Shown: positions 18,298 through 29,000 of the stretch, in pieces
How positions within the stretch are numbered: position 1 is the first letter of the stretch
How the letters are laid out: every line of letters starts with the position of its first letter
From: a virus
Lineage: Duplodnaviria; Caudoviricetes
Virus record (IMG/VR): IMGVR_UViG_3300017788_000020
Span: 565 to 64,564 of that record
DNA length: 64,000 nucleotides
Reading direction: 5' to 3' (one strand)
Notes under the pieces: generated by a model
Seen by the model: the letters and a program-made list of their open reading frames with translations, nothing else
What the model was told of the DNA's origin: nothing
The model's database searches: none
Program-made: the position numbers and the translations under genes

Positions 18298-20557
18298 GTA
18301 TCGCGAGTACAACACATCCGCGATTCAAAACAGGCGCTACGTAAACGTAATTACGCCAGGCGTGTACTCCGGTTACGTGATTGTCGCAAACGCGAGTCGT
18401 CCTAATGTTCTTGACATTGTGACAGGGGCGAGTGCTATATCTACACTGGTCACGGCCGAAGGTGTGGTGATTAGTGAAACAGCGAATGTACCGGGTGCCG
18501 TCAAAATAGCACCTGCCGACCCAAACTATAGTCGGTACGATCTGGTGATTGCAGAATATGCATACTCCACAGATCCAAACAAGACGCCGACGTACAAAGT
18601 CATCCGTGGTCCTAATCAACTTAACATAGGTACAGAACCTGTGAAGCCTCGACCTACAGGCGCCACGCAGATCGGCCTCGCATATGTGCACGTACGCGCC
18701 GCCGCACCGTACGTGTTGACCACGGACATTCATCCAATACCAAAAGCTGACTGGATAGATAGCCAGAAATGGGGCAACTTACGGCCAGAAATCGTAGTCA
18801 ACGACGCGGCGCTGCTCTATGTTTACCCAGGTACTTATCCTAACTCTGCGGGAACGGCGATCATATCATATCCGGGCGGATACTCGAGTCGATTGTCGGA
18901 TACCTCGCTACTAGTCGGCAGCGAGCGTTGGTACATGTTTGGTTTAACAGACGACCAGCGCGTAGAGGTAATTGCGTACGCGGCGAACAAAGACGATCTC
19001 CCCGAACTTTCTAGCGACGTATTCGCGCTGGCACGTGTGCGTGTACGTAAGGTATCTAGCGAACGCATCGAGTTGGTAGAGCTTGAGGATATGCGCATGC
19101 CCTTTACACGCGCAGGGTTCTCGGCAAACGAAGACTTAAAGTACCAAGATCTACTCGCGACATCTGTGTTTCAATTCTTGCGTGTAGAGAATTTCGATAC
19201 ACTCGACGTGGTTTTGACTGACATAACCACCGGAGGTAGTGTTGTTTTAGACAGCGCCGCAAAAGCGCTAACTATAGTCGGTAGCCCAGGTACAGAAGTC
19301 GTGTTTACTGTAGGCGACTTAGTCCTGGGTAGCGCTATCTCGACAGTTAAGCAATTCATGGTCGCCGCGGATAGCACAATAGATAACCTGGAGTTCGATT
19401 ACAGCACTGTATCTGGTACTACTGGTTTTAGCGGTAAACGCTATAAGTTGAATGAGCTAGTGAAAGTACGTTCTGTGTTTGCGACGCGCCTGTTCATTCG
19501 GTTTTATGTACCTGCGGCAGAGTTCGCAGCAAAACGTACCACGCAGTTGTTCAGCATGGGTGTGTTGTTCAACCTAGACGCCGTGGCTCTGAATACCCAT
19601 TCGATAACAGAACTCGGACTCAGAGAGCTGACTAACTCTATAAACAACTTGATCAACAACGGCGACTTCTATTATTGGTCAAAGAACACGTTGAGTGGTG
19701 TGCGCGCAGATCTCCGGACTCGCGGCGAGCTTGTGTTCCCTATATCGACTGAGTCACCGAACACAGCGGATGGTTGGCAGTTCACGAATATCAATAGCAA
19801 CTTCTCTAGCGACAGCGTCCGTCGTGTGTTTATCACACAAGCGGGTGTTAATACTACGGCGCTTCAGCTAGTGATGTCGCCCAACACAGCAAGTACCACA
19901 ACGGAACCGACTGCGCTCGAGTACCGTATACCGCGTGCGTTCGAGATGTCAGGTAAGCGACTCACCTTTGCTATCGATTTTTCCGGTGTCTCGCCTCTTG
20001 GCGCAATCACAATAGGTATTGGCCAGTTCCGCCGGACAGACGCAGGTCTGGTCTTGATTAAGACTGATGAGAACGTTATACGCAGCTTCAGCGGCACAGC
20101 ACAAGTGATTACCGCAGCCGCTATAGATACCAATACGTCTGTAGTATCCTTCTACATCAAGTTTGCGGCCAACACCACGCTCACGGCGACATTCTGGCAC
20201 GCGCGCGCAGCTATCGGCGATTATCCGGTGCTGCCGTACGCTTATGTGAGTGATGCGAGCGACAATCTCAGAAGTTACTACGAGCGCGGCCGCTTCTATC
20301 TAGCCACATATGCACAACAAGGATCTGTCATAGGTAACAGTACCCAGTTTGGCTCACCGAAACATCTCGAGTTAGGTTCGTTGGTGACACAAACAGTGCC
20401 GTCGGCAACCGGCGACCGTTCTAATAATGTTTCGGCTGTAACGTATACTTCTGATAGAGACAGTATTACAGTGTCTGCAACATCGTCTGCCTCCTCTTCT
20501 GTTATCATTCAAACAGAATGGGAGTCGTTTGTTAAGTACGAGAGTAGTGTGATATGA
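18275..20557 (+). CDS. baseplate/tail structural protein with CBM-like domain
   Basis: PGVYSG...APADPNYSRYDLV...IGLAYVHV baseplate-type N-terminus; NLINNGDF..W carbohydrate-binding-like start; AAGGA RBS. Confidence 0.65.
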   Translation: MAQQITTKYREYNTSAIQNRRYVNVITPGVYSGYVIVANASRPNVLDIVTGASAISTLVTAEGVVISETANVPGAVKIAPADPNYSRYDLVIAEYAYSTDPNKTPTYKVIRGPNQLNIGTEPVKPRPTGATQIGLAYVHVRAAAPYVLTTDIHPIPKADWIDSQKWGNLRPEIVVNDAALLYVYPGTYPNSAGTAIISYPGGYSSRLSDTSLLVGSERWYMFGLTDDQRVEVIAYAANKDDLPELSSDVFALARVRVRKVSSERIELVELEDMRMPFTRAGFSANEDLKYQDLLATSVFQFLRVENFDTLDVVLTDITTGGSVVLDSAAKALTIVGSPGTEVVFTVGDLVLGSAISTVKQFMVAADSTIDNLEFDYSTVSGTTGFSGKRYKLNELVKVRSVFATRLFIRFYVPAAEFAAKRTTQLFSMGVLFNLDAVALNTHSITELGLRELTNSINNLINNGDFYYWSKNTLSGVRADLRTRGELVFPISTESPNTADGWQFTNINSNFSSDSVRRVFITQAGVNTTALQLVMSPNTASTTTEPTALEYRIPRAFEMSGKRLTFAIDFSGVSPLGAITIGIGQFRRTDAGLVLIKTDENVIRSFSGTAQVITAAAIDTNTSVVSFYIKFAANTTLTATFWHARAAIGDYPVLPYAYVSDASDNLRSYYERGRFYLATYAQQGSVIGNSTQFGSPKHLELGSLVTQTVPSATGDRSNNVSAVTYTSDRDSITVSATSSASSSVIIQTEWESFVKYESSVI

Positions 20558-21270
20558 TATACGAATATTTCATCAAGATAGCGATGGATCCGAAGCGCAA
20601 CGCTGCGCGGATGGACCCAGCCACGAAAACACTGACTGTCCCTGACAGCGTTAAGCGTGTAGCGGACTTTTTTAAGCGTTATAGCTATGAGAACCCGGCG
20701 TCTACGCCGCCAGCACAGAAAGCGCCGGCTGTGCCTATCCCTCAGAAGACAGATGCTCCCAAAGCAGCGCCAAGATTCGGAGGTCCTTACGGGAAAGCCG
20801 TTGGCGCGGCTGCTGCGACTTACGTGGGTTACAAAGCGTTCAAGCATTTTAGGGAGAAGAAGAGACAGCGCGAGCAAGCCGCCGCACAAGCTCGGCAGCC
20901 CTTAGTTAAGGCGGCAGCGTATAAACTAGACCCCACTAGCCGCATGCACAGGCTCGCTACGGTACTCAAGAAACATAAAGAAGGGTCGCCTATGTATGAT
21001 AAGGTGCTGACGCGCGGTAAGGTATATGCAAGCGCTGCTGCAGAGCAGCAGCGCGGGCCTCTCCACCAAACCATGTCCGTAGGTAAGCGTAACGCGCAAC
21101 GACAAGTCGCGACGTTGTTCCAGAACCCCGGCGCACGTAAGAAGAGTCTCGTACCATTACCTACGACTGGTCGCTTCGGCGCGGGACATGAGGTACATAA
21201 ACAGAAGCGCGACAACACGACCTCTCAAGCAAAACATGTCGGTAGCTGGTTAAGCTCTGTGGCGCCGTGA
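20554..21270 (+). CDS. KxA-leader basic protein, putative internal/ejected head protein
   Basis: MIYEYFIKIA; internal LVKAA; GAAAATYVGYKAF hydrophobic helix. Confidence 0.6.
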   Translation: MIYEYFIKIAMDPKRNAARMDPATKTLTVPDSVKRVADFFKRYSYENPASTPPAQKAPAVPIPQKTDAPKAAPRFGGPYGKAVGAAAATYVGYKAFKHFREKKRQREQAAAQARQPLVKAAAYKLDPTSRMHRLATVLKKHKEGSPMYDKVLTRGKVYASAAAEQQRGPLHQTMSVGKRNAQRQVATLFQNPGARKKSLVPLPTTGRFGAGHEVHKQKRDNTTSQAKHVGSWLSSVAP

Positions 21271-21319
21271 CTGTGTCACAAATACAACAAACACAGCTGA
21301 CATACTGATCTGTACTACC

Positions 21320-21571
21320 ATGTTATACGACCACTTTAATAGACTAATCAAAGAAGCTCAGCAGGTTAAGCAAGCCGGCTGGGGAGCTCTCGCGGCAAAC
21401 CCGAAAGTCGGCAGAGCGTTTAATAAAACCCTTTCGTCGATAGCTAAACCTAACACACCGGCGAACCGTCCGCAAAGACTAGACACGTTGTTACAAGGAC
21501 GTGTCAGACAGGCGGGTGTACGGCCGGACGCTGTCGCACGCACCATGAGGCGCTCTTCTGTAACGCCTTGA
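21320..21571 (+). CDS. small KxA-leader protein
   Basis: MLYDHFNRLIKEAQQVKQAG. Confidence 0.55.
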   Translation: MLYDHFNRLIKEAQQVKQAGWGALAANPKVGRAFNKTLSSIAKPNTPANRPQRLDTLLQGRVRQAGVRPDAVARTMRRSSVTP

Positions 21572-21607
21572 CCAGCTCACCGCGGTAACACCTAAAGCAC
21601 CGACACA

Positions 21608-22246
21608 ATGAGCTTCGTAAAACCACACAGAATCGACGACAAAGTCGTACCCAACTTCTATGAGAAGATTCGCACACAAGGCGACTCTTCTGAATTTACT
21701 GCTGAGGCTCCCGGCAGGCGCGCATTGCTGTCGTGGGACGCAGGCATATACAATGATATGACTGGTGCATGGGAATACACACTCCCCTTCTCGTATCTAG
21801 TTAATCAAAAACAGTTACACGTGTATTGGTGCACCGATGAGTACAATGTAGCACCTCCGCGGCACAGAGGTTGGGCGCTTCTGCTGGACCTTGAGACCAT
21901 AGAAGATAGCCCAATATTCAACATACTGGCTGATCCATACTACGTAGAACTGGCCGCCGACAAAGTGGCTATCTATAACCTAGATAAGTTGTATCCGACG
22001 CCGTACATCGGCACAGGCAGCAACCCCTCACCAGGACCAGGCAGTGGTAACACGTTACTGTTCGCTGTACCACACACGGCTCTGCCGGGCACGGTCCGTA
22101 ACCGCCTGATTGTCGAAGATCAAGGCGATAATGTCGGCTTGGAGATGCAGGGTCCAGGCGACGGTATAGTACTGAAATCGCCGCAGGGTAAATCGTTCCT
22201 GATTCGGGTTAACGAGGGCGGGATGCTGACAACAGAGGAGCTATAA
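21608..22246 (+). CDS. virion structural protein
   Basis: YTLPFSYLVNQKQLHVY; C-terminal GIVLKSPQGKSFLIRVNEGGML fibre-type motif. Confidence 0.6.
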   Translation: MSFVKPHRIDDKVVPNFYEKIRTQGDSSEFTAEAPGRRALLSWDAGIYNDMTGAWEYTLPFSYLVNQKQLHVYWCTDEYNVAPPRHRGWALLLDLETIEDSPIFNILADPYYVELAADKVAIYNLDKLYPTPYIGTGSNPSPGPGSGNTLLFAVPHTALPGTVRNRLIVEDQGDNVGLEMQGPGDGIVLKSPQGKSFLIRVNEGGMLTTEEL

Positions 22247-22249
22247 AAA

Positions 22250-23293
22250 ATGGCTGAAAAACCAATAGATATTCACGAGACTTACGCAAAAGGTCAAAAC
22301 CCTTTTGTTCACCACAAAGCAATACACGCGCTTATGTTAGGTAATCCCGCAGCCGTCGGGAGACCTTACAACAAACAAGAAATAGAAACTTTCTTAAAGA
22401 GACACAACATAACGCATATACCATCTAGTCAGCACAAAGATGCCGTAAATCTGCGTATAAACACAGGGGAAGGCTTTAAAGCAGCCATGCGTGATCTCGC
22501 GCGCTCGTTTCAGCGGAAAGACAGATCTTTGTTGGGTAAAGCGCTTTCTATACCCGGCATACCCGCGACCTTCCTAACGAAATTGCGGGGATCCGACCAC
22601 TATGATCCTGGCGCGCACTCCGTTAACGTGTACGGAAAATCACCTGCGATATTGGCGCACGAGATCGGGCATGCTATTAATCAGTCGTCAACTAAACACC
22701 CTACTCTACGATCGATCGCTCTCCGTTTTACACCAGGAGGAATTTTGCGCGAAGAACGCGCAGCGTCTCATCATGCGATGAAGATGCTCTCGGAAAGTCC
22801 TGACTATAGCAAACAGGATATTCAGAGGGCGAGCCGAAAGCTGCATGCCGCATATGGTACTTATGCAGCGGGTGCGGGGTTAGCCGCGCTAGGCGGTGCG
22901 CGAAAACTGATCAACATGTCCGTGGATGCGCGCAAGGCGCGTTCAGCGAAAAAACTACTTATACCGCGCCGCAACGATTTGCGCGGGAGCCGTGTGAAGG
23001 CAGTACGGCAGTGGCGTATAGGTAAAGCGATAGATAAACACGTGCCTGCTGCGCTTAGGCGAGCCTCGGATTGGGCGGGGCGGCATCACAAGCCGATAGC
23101 GGCGGGTGTCTTAGCCGCGGCCGTATTAGGTGGGCATCTTCTAGGACGCCACCGCGCTAAAAAGTGGGTCAAAGAACACCACAAAGATGATCCAAACTCA
23201 ATGCTCGAGTTACCGGGAACGAATAAAGGATTCGCCGCCGCTCAGGCCGGGCTTATAGAAAACGTTAAACGACTACCTAAGACAACTAGCTAA
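22250..23293 (+). CDS. putative zincin metallopeptidase with glycine-zipper helices
   Basis: ILAHEIGH + EERAAS third-ligand motif, AYGTY; AAGAGLAALGG and AAGVLAAAVLGG segments. Confidence 0.65.
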   Translation: MAEKPIDIHETYAKGQNPFVHHKAIHALMLGNPAAVGRPYNKQEIETFLKRHNITHIPSSQHKDAVNLRINTGEGFKAAMRDLARSFQRKDRSLLGKALSIPGIPATFLTKLRGSDHYDPGAHSVNVYGKSPAILAHEIGHAINQSSTKHPTLRSIALRFTPGGILREERAASHHAMKMLSESPDYSKQDIQRASRKLHAAYGTYAAGAGLAALGGARKLINMSVDARKARSAKKLLIPRRNDLRGSRVKAVRQWRIGKAIDKHVPAALRRASDWAGRHHKPIAAGVLAAAVLGGHLLGRHRAKKWVKEHHKDDPNSMLELPGTNKGFAAAQAGLIENVKRLPKTTS

Positions 23294-23295
23294 TC

Positions 23296-23553
23296 GTGCT
23301 GAAGAAACTCGCCACAATTCTTACACCTAAATATCCAGACAGTAGTCCTGGTGTACCTAAGCAGACATCTGTAGATCCTGACGAGGCAGACCAGGCCGCG
23401 CGCCGCGCATTCATGGACGCTAAGAAAGCTCACAAGCGATACAAAGAGAAGTACAAGTACCGCACTATGGACCACGGTTTAGAGACCGAATTCTTCTCCG
23501 GCTCGACTAATCCGTCCACCAACGGCAAAGATATGCCAATACGAGGATTATGA
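23296..23553 (+). CDS. small KxA-leader protein
   Basis: MLKKLA N-terminus (GTG start). Confidence 0.5.
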   Translation: MLKKLATILTPKYPDSSPGVPKQTSVDPDEADQAARRAFMDAKKAHKRYKEKYKYRTMDHGLETEFFSGSTNPSTNGKDMPIRGL

Positions 23554-24149
23554 ATCTATACGAATTGTTTTTATCAAAAACCGCCCAAAAATGGCAGGTT
23601 CTGGTCGCCAAAGAAGTTGGGAGTGTAACCAAGCTTGCGGCTAAATCAAATATATCTTTGTCGCAGGCTTTAGATAATGTACAAGACGATCGCGGCTTCT
23701 TTGGTAAGGTCACTGGCACCAAGCACCTTCCGAGAATACGCAGCGTGTGGCGCCGCATGGCTAAAAGTGCGCGTCCGATTGCCGAGCATACGCGCTACTC
23801 ACGAAAATATAACCGTTATCTTTTGGATGCCTGGAGCACCGAACGTGATGCAGTAGGACGTATCGCGCCTGTTATCATGGCTGTACATGGTAGGCATAAG
23901 ATTACACCTGATCTTATTCAGCGTATAGCGGCTCAGCACGGAAGAGCAATAGAGCCGACGCATGTGTCTGGTATGGTACAGGCCGTTGCTAAACACCGCG
24001 CACGGCGCGCGCTTAACCGTAAACTTCTTATAGGCGGTGCCGCGACACTGGCCGCCGCAGGCGGTTACGGCATCTATAGAGCACTAAAGAGACGCAAAGA
24101 ACTCAAACAGCGAGCACGCAATGAATCTATACAAACAATACCTAAATAA
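23550..24149 (+). CDS. KxA-leader basic protein with C-terminal TM-like helix
   Basis: MNLYELFLSKTA; IGGAATLAAAGGYGIYRALKRRK. Confidence 0.6.
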   Translation: MNLYELFLSKTAQKWQVLVAKEVGSVTKLAAKSNISLSQALDNVQDDRGFFGKVTGTKHLPRIRSVWRRMAKSARPIAEHTRYSRKYNRYLLDAWSTERDAVGRIAPVIMAVHGRHKITPDLIQRIAAQHGRAIEPTHVSGMVQAVAKHRARRALNRKLLIGGAATLAAAGGYGIYRALKRRKELKQRARNESIQTIPK

Positions 24150-24600
24150 GCTGGCTGCTGTACTAGACCAGACATATAAGAACACGCGACTCAGTGATAA
24201 GGCGCGTCGCGCGGCTCATTTAGGTATTGCGCCGTTAGCTAAGCGGCACGCGGTCGTGAAACACGACTTCGAGCAACGTATGATAGCGCGGAATGCCGTA
24301 TCACTACGCAAAGCAAAGCTAAAGAAACTAGCAGCATCACCGGCGTGGACACGTAAAGAAGGTAAAGATCCTGAAGGCGGCCTGAACGCCAAAGGCGTGG
24401 CTTCATATCGTAAAGCCAATCCCGGCAGTAAACTTCAGATGGCGGTGACCACTGATCCGAGTAAACTAGCTCCGGACTCAAAAGACGCTAAACGCCGTAA
24501 ATCTTTTTGTGCTCGTATGAGCGGCATGCCTGGTGCGATGAAAGACGCTAAAGGGCGACCGACCCGTAAAGCGCTCGCGCTCCGAAAATGGAATTGTTGA
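24121..24600 (+). CDS. KxA-leader protein with DUF6321-like domain
   Basis: MNLYKQYLNKLAA; AWTRKEGKDPEGGLNAKG...RRKSFCARMSGM...LRKWNC, a domain common in T4-like phages. Confidence 0.75.
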   Translation: MNLYKQYLNKLAAVLDQTYKNTRLSDKARRAAHLGIAPLAKRHAVVKHDFEQRMIARNAVSLRKAKLKKLAASPAWTRKEGKDPEGGLNAKGVASYRKANPGSKLQMAVTTDPSKLAPDSKDAKRRKSFCARMSGMPGAMKDAKGRPTRKALALRKWNC

Positions 24601-24632
24601 TACATGACACTCACATAGGAGACTACCGAAAC

Positions 24633-25025
24633 ATGCCGTCACTATATGCGCTATACATGACTAAGCTGGCCGCTGTTTCCTATCACGGTTCTACAAAGCG
24701 ATTCGATACGCTCAGAGCCGGCTCATGGGTAACACCGTTCAAGGCAGATGCGCGTAGTTTTGCTGTGCCTTGGGACTCAAAGCAACTAGCACCATATAGA
24801 TCGATCAACCACCGTCCGCCTAAGAGGCTTAAATTCAAATCCGATACCGCTTTACCAAAAGATTCCCCTATCTACATCTATAAAATAAAAGGCGAAGTTG
24901 TTCCGGCTAAAACAAATACCGGTAAAGAGTATAGTTGGAATAGACAGATCACGCAAGATACGCCTGCGGTTTTAATAGAAACACACCCTTCTTGGCGAAA
25001 ACATTTTGGCGTAGCACCACAATAG
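24633..25025 (+). CDS. KxA-leader protein, possible ADP-ribosyltransferase fold
   Basis: MPSLYALYMTKLAA then YHGS..., WVTP...A.SFA, IYIYKI, E; AGGAG RBS. Confidence 0.55.
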   Translation: MPSLYALYMTKLAAVSYHGSTKRFDTLRAGSWVTPFKADARSFAVPWDSKQLAPYRSINHRPPKRLKFKSDTALPKDSPIYIYKIKGEVVPAKTNTGKEYSWNRQITQDTPAVLIETHPSWRKHFGVAPQ

Positions 25026-25049
25026 TCGACACTAAAGATCGGCCGGTAT

Positions 25050-26051
25050 ATGACACTCACACACGATAACGTATACAGTCTTGTAAACCTGTTCATGAAC
25101 GGCGGCTGGGCCGTCCGTAAAGAACAGGTTCCGGCTTTTTGGAGGATGGATAACCTTCTTCCAATAGGTCTGAATAGTTACAAGATAGAGGACGATCGTT
25201 TGCGGGTATCGTTAGGTAGTAATAAGCCATCAACTATCTCTCAAGATTTTAAATCGTTCGCAACGCCACTAGATTTCAGACGTCCTGCGCTTGGGGGCAT
25301 CTACCCCACACTACCGGCCGGTTACGAGACTACACATAGCCGAACAATACCAGGTAATACGCAACTGACTTGTAGTTTTGATGTTGTACGTGACGCCGGC
25401 GACGTACAATTTAGATTGTTCTACACAAGTGGCGCACTCACTACGTACTCTGCGCCTGTGCGTGTAGCAATAAACACAGATATACGCATAGTCCTCTCTA
25501 TGTTTGTCGCATTTACGCCCGATACTGTTGGTATCGAGATGCAGGCCGACAGGACAACATCTTTTTCAATAGACAAGATCATGCTGGCGGTAGGTCAGCA
25601 TTCAGTGTTGCCGTACACCGGCGACCCATTCAGCCAGGTATTTCCTAAGGGTGTTATCGTTCTCTCATTAGGCGATACTTGTCCACTAGGTTTCGAGGAA
25701 CTAGGTGAAGGTGATCTAACACCACTAGGTGCGTGGGAGACGCACGAGCCCGGTATAAAGGCTCGAAAAGGGAACTACCCGCGAAACGGTACCGAACAGC
25801 TCGGCTCACCTGTTCACACAGCGGATGTTTCGCAGATGCGGCCCGGCAGGGAAGATTTCCTGGAGTATGAGGGCTTTGAAGGTAAACTATTTACAGAACA
25901 TAGTGACATAGAAGCGTCTACACCTATTAAGGTGTTCACTGTTTCGCAGGGAAACCCGGACGTGGATGCTTATCGCCAGCACACGCACACGCTGTCCGAG
26001 GGGGGCTCGCGGCCCTTGTCGCTAGGACTCATGTTCTGTAAGCGGTTATGA
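25050..26051 (+). CDS. tail collar-domain protein
   Basis: PKGVIVL.LG.TCPLGF...HTH...LMFCKRL. Confidence 0.65.
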   Translation: MTLTHDNVYSLVNLFMNGGWAVRKEQVPAFWRMDNLLPIGLNSYKIEDDRLRVSLGSNKPSTISQDFKSFATPLDFRRPALGGIYPTLPAGYETTHSRTIPGNTQLTCSFDVVRDAGDVQFRLFYTSGALTTYSAPVRVAINTDIRIVLSMFVAFTPDTVGIEMQADRTTSFSIDKIMLAVGQHSVLPYTGDPFSQVFPKGVIVLSLGDTCPLGFEELGEGDLTPLGAWETHEPGIKARKGNYPRNGTEQLGSPVHTADVSQMRPGREDFLEYEGFEGKLFTEHSDIEASTPIKVFTVSQGNPDVDAYRQHTHTLSEGGSRPLSLGLMFCKRL

Positions 26052-29000
26052 ACCAGTTAACATTATTCAACACAAAGCTACCGCTTACCCTAAACGGTAA
26101 CTTCACGCAAGGACTTTCGGGCTGGTTCGGTTCGTATATCCGCCACGGCGTTACAGCACCTATAAATGAGTTTACGCCCGCTTATTTTGCTACGTTGTTT
26201 TCGGGCGAGCCTGCCGATTATCTGGACACAATACCGCCTGGTATAAACCAGTTCATCGACCTGCCAGAGTTATACACTTACCCATCAACGAGGAAGGTGT
26301 ATAACCTCACTATGCGCGTGGTCGCCCCGGATCAGGCGGTACTGAGTATTAACCCATCCACTGTGTTCTCTACAGGCGCACAGGCTACATTGGAGACGCA
26401 TCCCTTTGTGTTCAAAGGCGACGGCGAAGTCGGTGTGGCGCAGGGTACGCTTGTAACACTCTCCGCGGCAATCGAGGCGTACTCCGGTGCAGCACGCTGC
26501 GCCAAACCTGTAGCAATCAAGGTCGCCAACCAGATAGTTGACTACGTACTACCCGTGGTTCTTGTGCAGCGGACAATAGCGCCGATTCTATCGGATAAAA
26601 GCTTTGCCGCAGTTACGCTTGAGCTTATTGGTGTGCTACCTACAACAGGCACCGGTACGCTAAGGTTCATATCCGACGAAGCGACGCTGAACGCTATTAA
26701 AGACTTTGCGCGACCGGACGGTACCGTAGGTTTTCGTATAGGCGATACAATACAATTACTTGATAGCGATCGCGCTGTACGCGTAACCGCTGTAGCCACA
26801 TCACTTAACACATCCACTGGGCCGCTGTCGTATAATCTGTCTGTGGCGCCAATACTCGGCTTAGCTGCTCCCACGTCTGCCTCCGCGACGTACCGCTGGA
26901 ATGTGTTTCCTGTGACATATACGACAGCGACATATACGTTAGACGTATACAAGTATGACTACACATTAGCGTTGTCGTACGAAGCGATTGAGGGCGGCGC
27001 ACCGGGTCTACCGCAGATTCAATTCAGACAGACCGAATCGGATACTATTAGAGGTATTGGGGAAGAGATACCGGCCACAACAATTACTGCCGAAGAACAG
27101 GCTACGGTCACTATACCGCTACCTAATTCTACTTGGAATAGGCGTATAACCTATCTGACCAAAGAATTCACTAAACCGGTTAGAGGGCGCGCGCTGCTTA
27201 ATATACCACCAAGCGGGTTCACCGGCTTTATTTTGGGAGAGCCTGTACAGGTTCTTAGCGTGGCTTATGATGCTGTAATGGCGCGCGCACGTATTCGTTA
27301 TAGAGAGCTCGGGGAGTCTGGTAACCCGATATCCGCTCTGACGTACTCGCAAGCCACAAGTACATTAACGATCGTAGGTACACCAAGCGTACCACTCAAT
27401 TTAGTGCCAGGCCAGGCGATCTATTTAACTGGAAAGATGCTTGGAATGCCTCAATGGCTTCGTGTGCCTATCAGCGATCGACGCGCTCTGCTAGTGCTAT
27501 CTTATGATCTAGGTACTAATACAGCGACGGCGCTACTAGCTACCCCGCATACTGATCAACCGTCTTTAACCGGGCTACTTGACTCAACATTGCGAGTGTC
27601 TGAAACAGCTGCGCGTCAGGTCCAGCTACGGTTCGATGCTACCGGCGAGTGGCAGTTGCGCTTACAGACGCCGGCGAGCGGCGCTCCGGTAACATGGGCG
27701 GCACCGCTTTATAACAGGAACAGCCGTATAGCTGCCACGCCCGTGATCGAGTCTGTTGATACATTTGTGAGCGCTGTGCTTTATGTGGATGTTGATTGGC
27801 CTGCCGAACCGCCGACTAATCCGATTACGATAAATCTGACCGACGGTACTGTCGTGGGCCTAGCTACGTCGTCCGACAACGTGTGCCAGATCGCCGACGT
27901 CGCGCTATGGCGCGGCTACCACATACATCGGATGAATTCTTCAGACACGGCCGATTTGTTGACAACCAATCTCGGCACGAATGTTAGTATTGATCCGCTA
28001 TTGAGTAGGGTCGATCCGATCGGCGATATTGTACCAAAAGGTGTCGTGATGCTTTATACCGGCGGCACATGTCCTGCAGGCTATAAACCTGTTGACAATT
28101 TCGCTGACGCAGAGCCCTCAACACAAGGTTTCTGGAAACAGCCCACAATGCCTTGGCCGGACGTGGTTACGTATAACGCGACCACGGACACAACAACTCT
28201 GCAGTGGCCCTTCTTGCGGTTCAACCAGACCAACCCCGACGGCTCGCTCATACTTAAAAACACAGATGTCCGCTATCTAGAGTTACCTCTTGTAGACATA
28301 AACCCGGCCACGGGGGAACGCCTTACTAGACAGGTTACTATTAAGCAAGCTAAACAGCTTGTAGAGCCCGGCATGTTCTTGTCTGTAGATGAAGAAGAGT
28401 ACGTAGAAGGCCGGTCTACGCTTGTCGATAGCGACGGGGATATGACCGCGTTAGATTTATACGGCCCTGTCGCAGCAAACAGAGCCAGTTTCTTGATAAC
28501 AAACCTGACGCTGACGGCGTCTACAGATACGATAGAGGCCCCATCGACGCAACCGGTACGCTTCGGCGATAACACGCCGTCCTTATTCGGCGGTGGTTTC
28601 GGTCACATCAGTTATCCATCTGTCGACTCTGCTGTGTTTGTACCGAGACCTGTTAGCGCAAGTCTCAGTCACGATATAGGTAATTCTTTACCTAACGTCC
28701 CTACAGCAGGTCCACTCATGCCGCGCCAGACTAACGTGTTCCCAGGCGCACGTCCGTACGCGTATCTGGTCATAAACACATTAGAGGACGTCAACGGTCT
28801 CGGACAAGGCAAGTACCGTTGTCAGCGGCTGCAGTTCGCCAACCAGCCAAATCCACCGCTGGCGGTGCCGGTAACAGGTACTAACCTCACAGCAGATGTT
28901 ACGGCCAATGACGATGTGTTCGGTGCGCTAGGGACAGACCGCCCAGAATCAATCAGAACAGGCGATGTGTTTTTTGCACGCATCTATTTTCACCTAGCTA

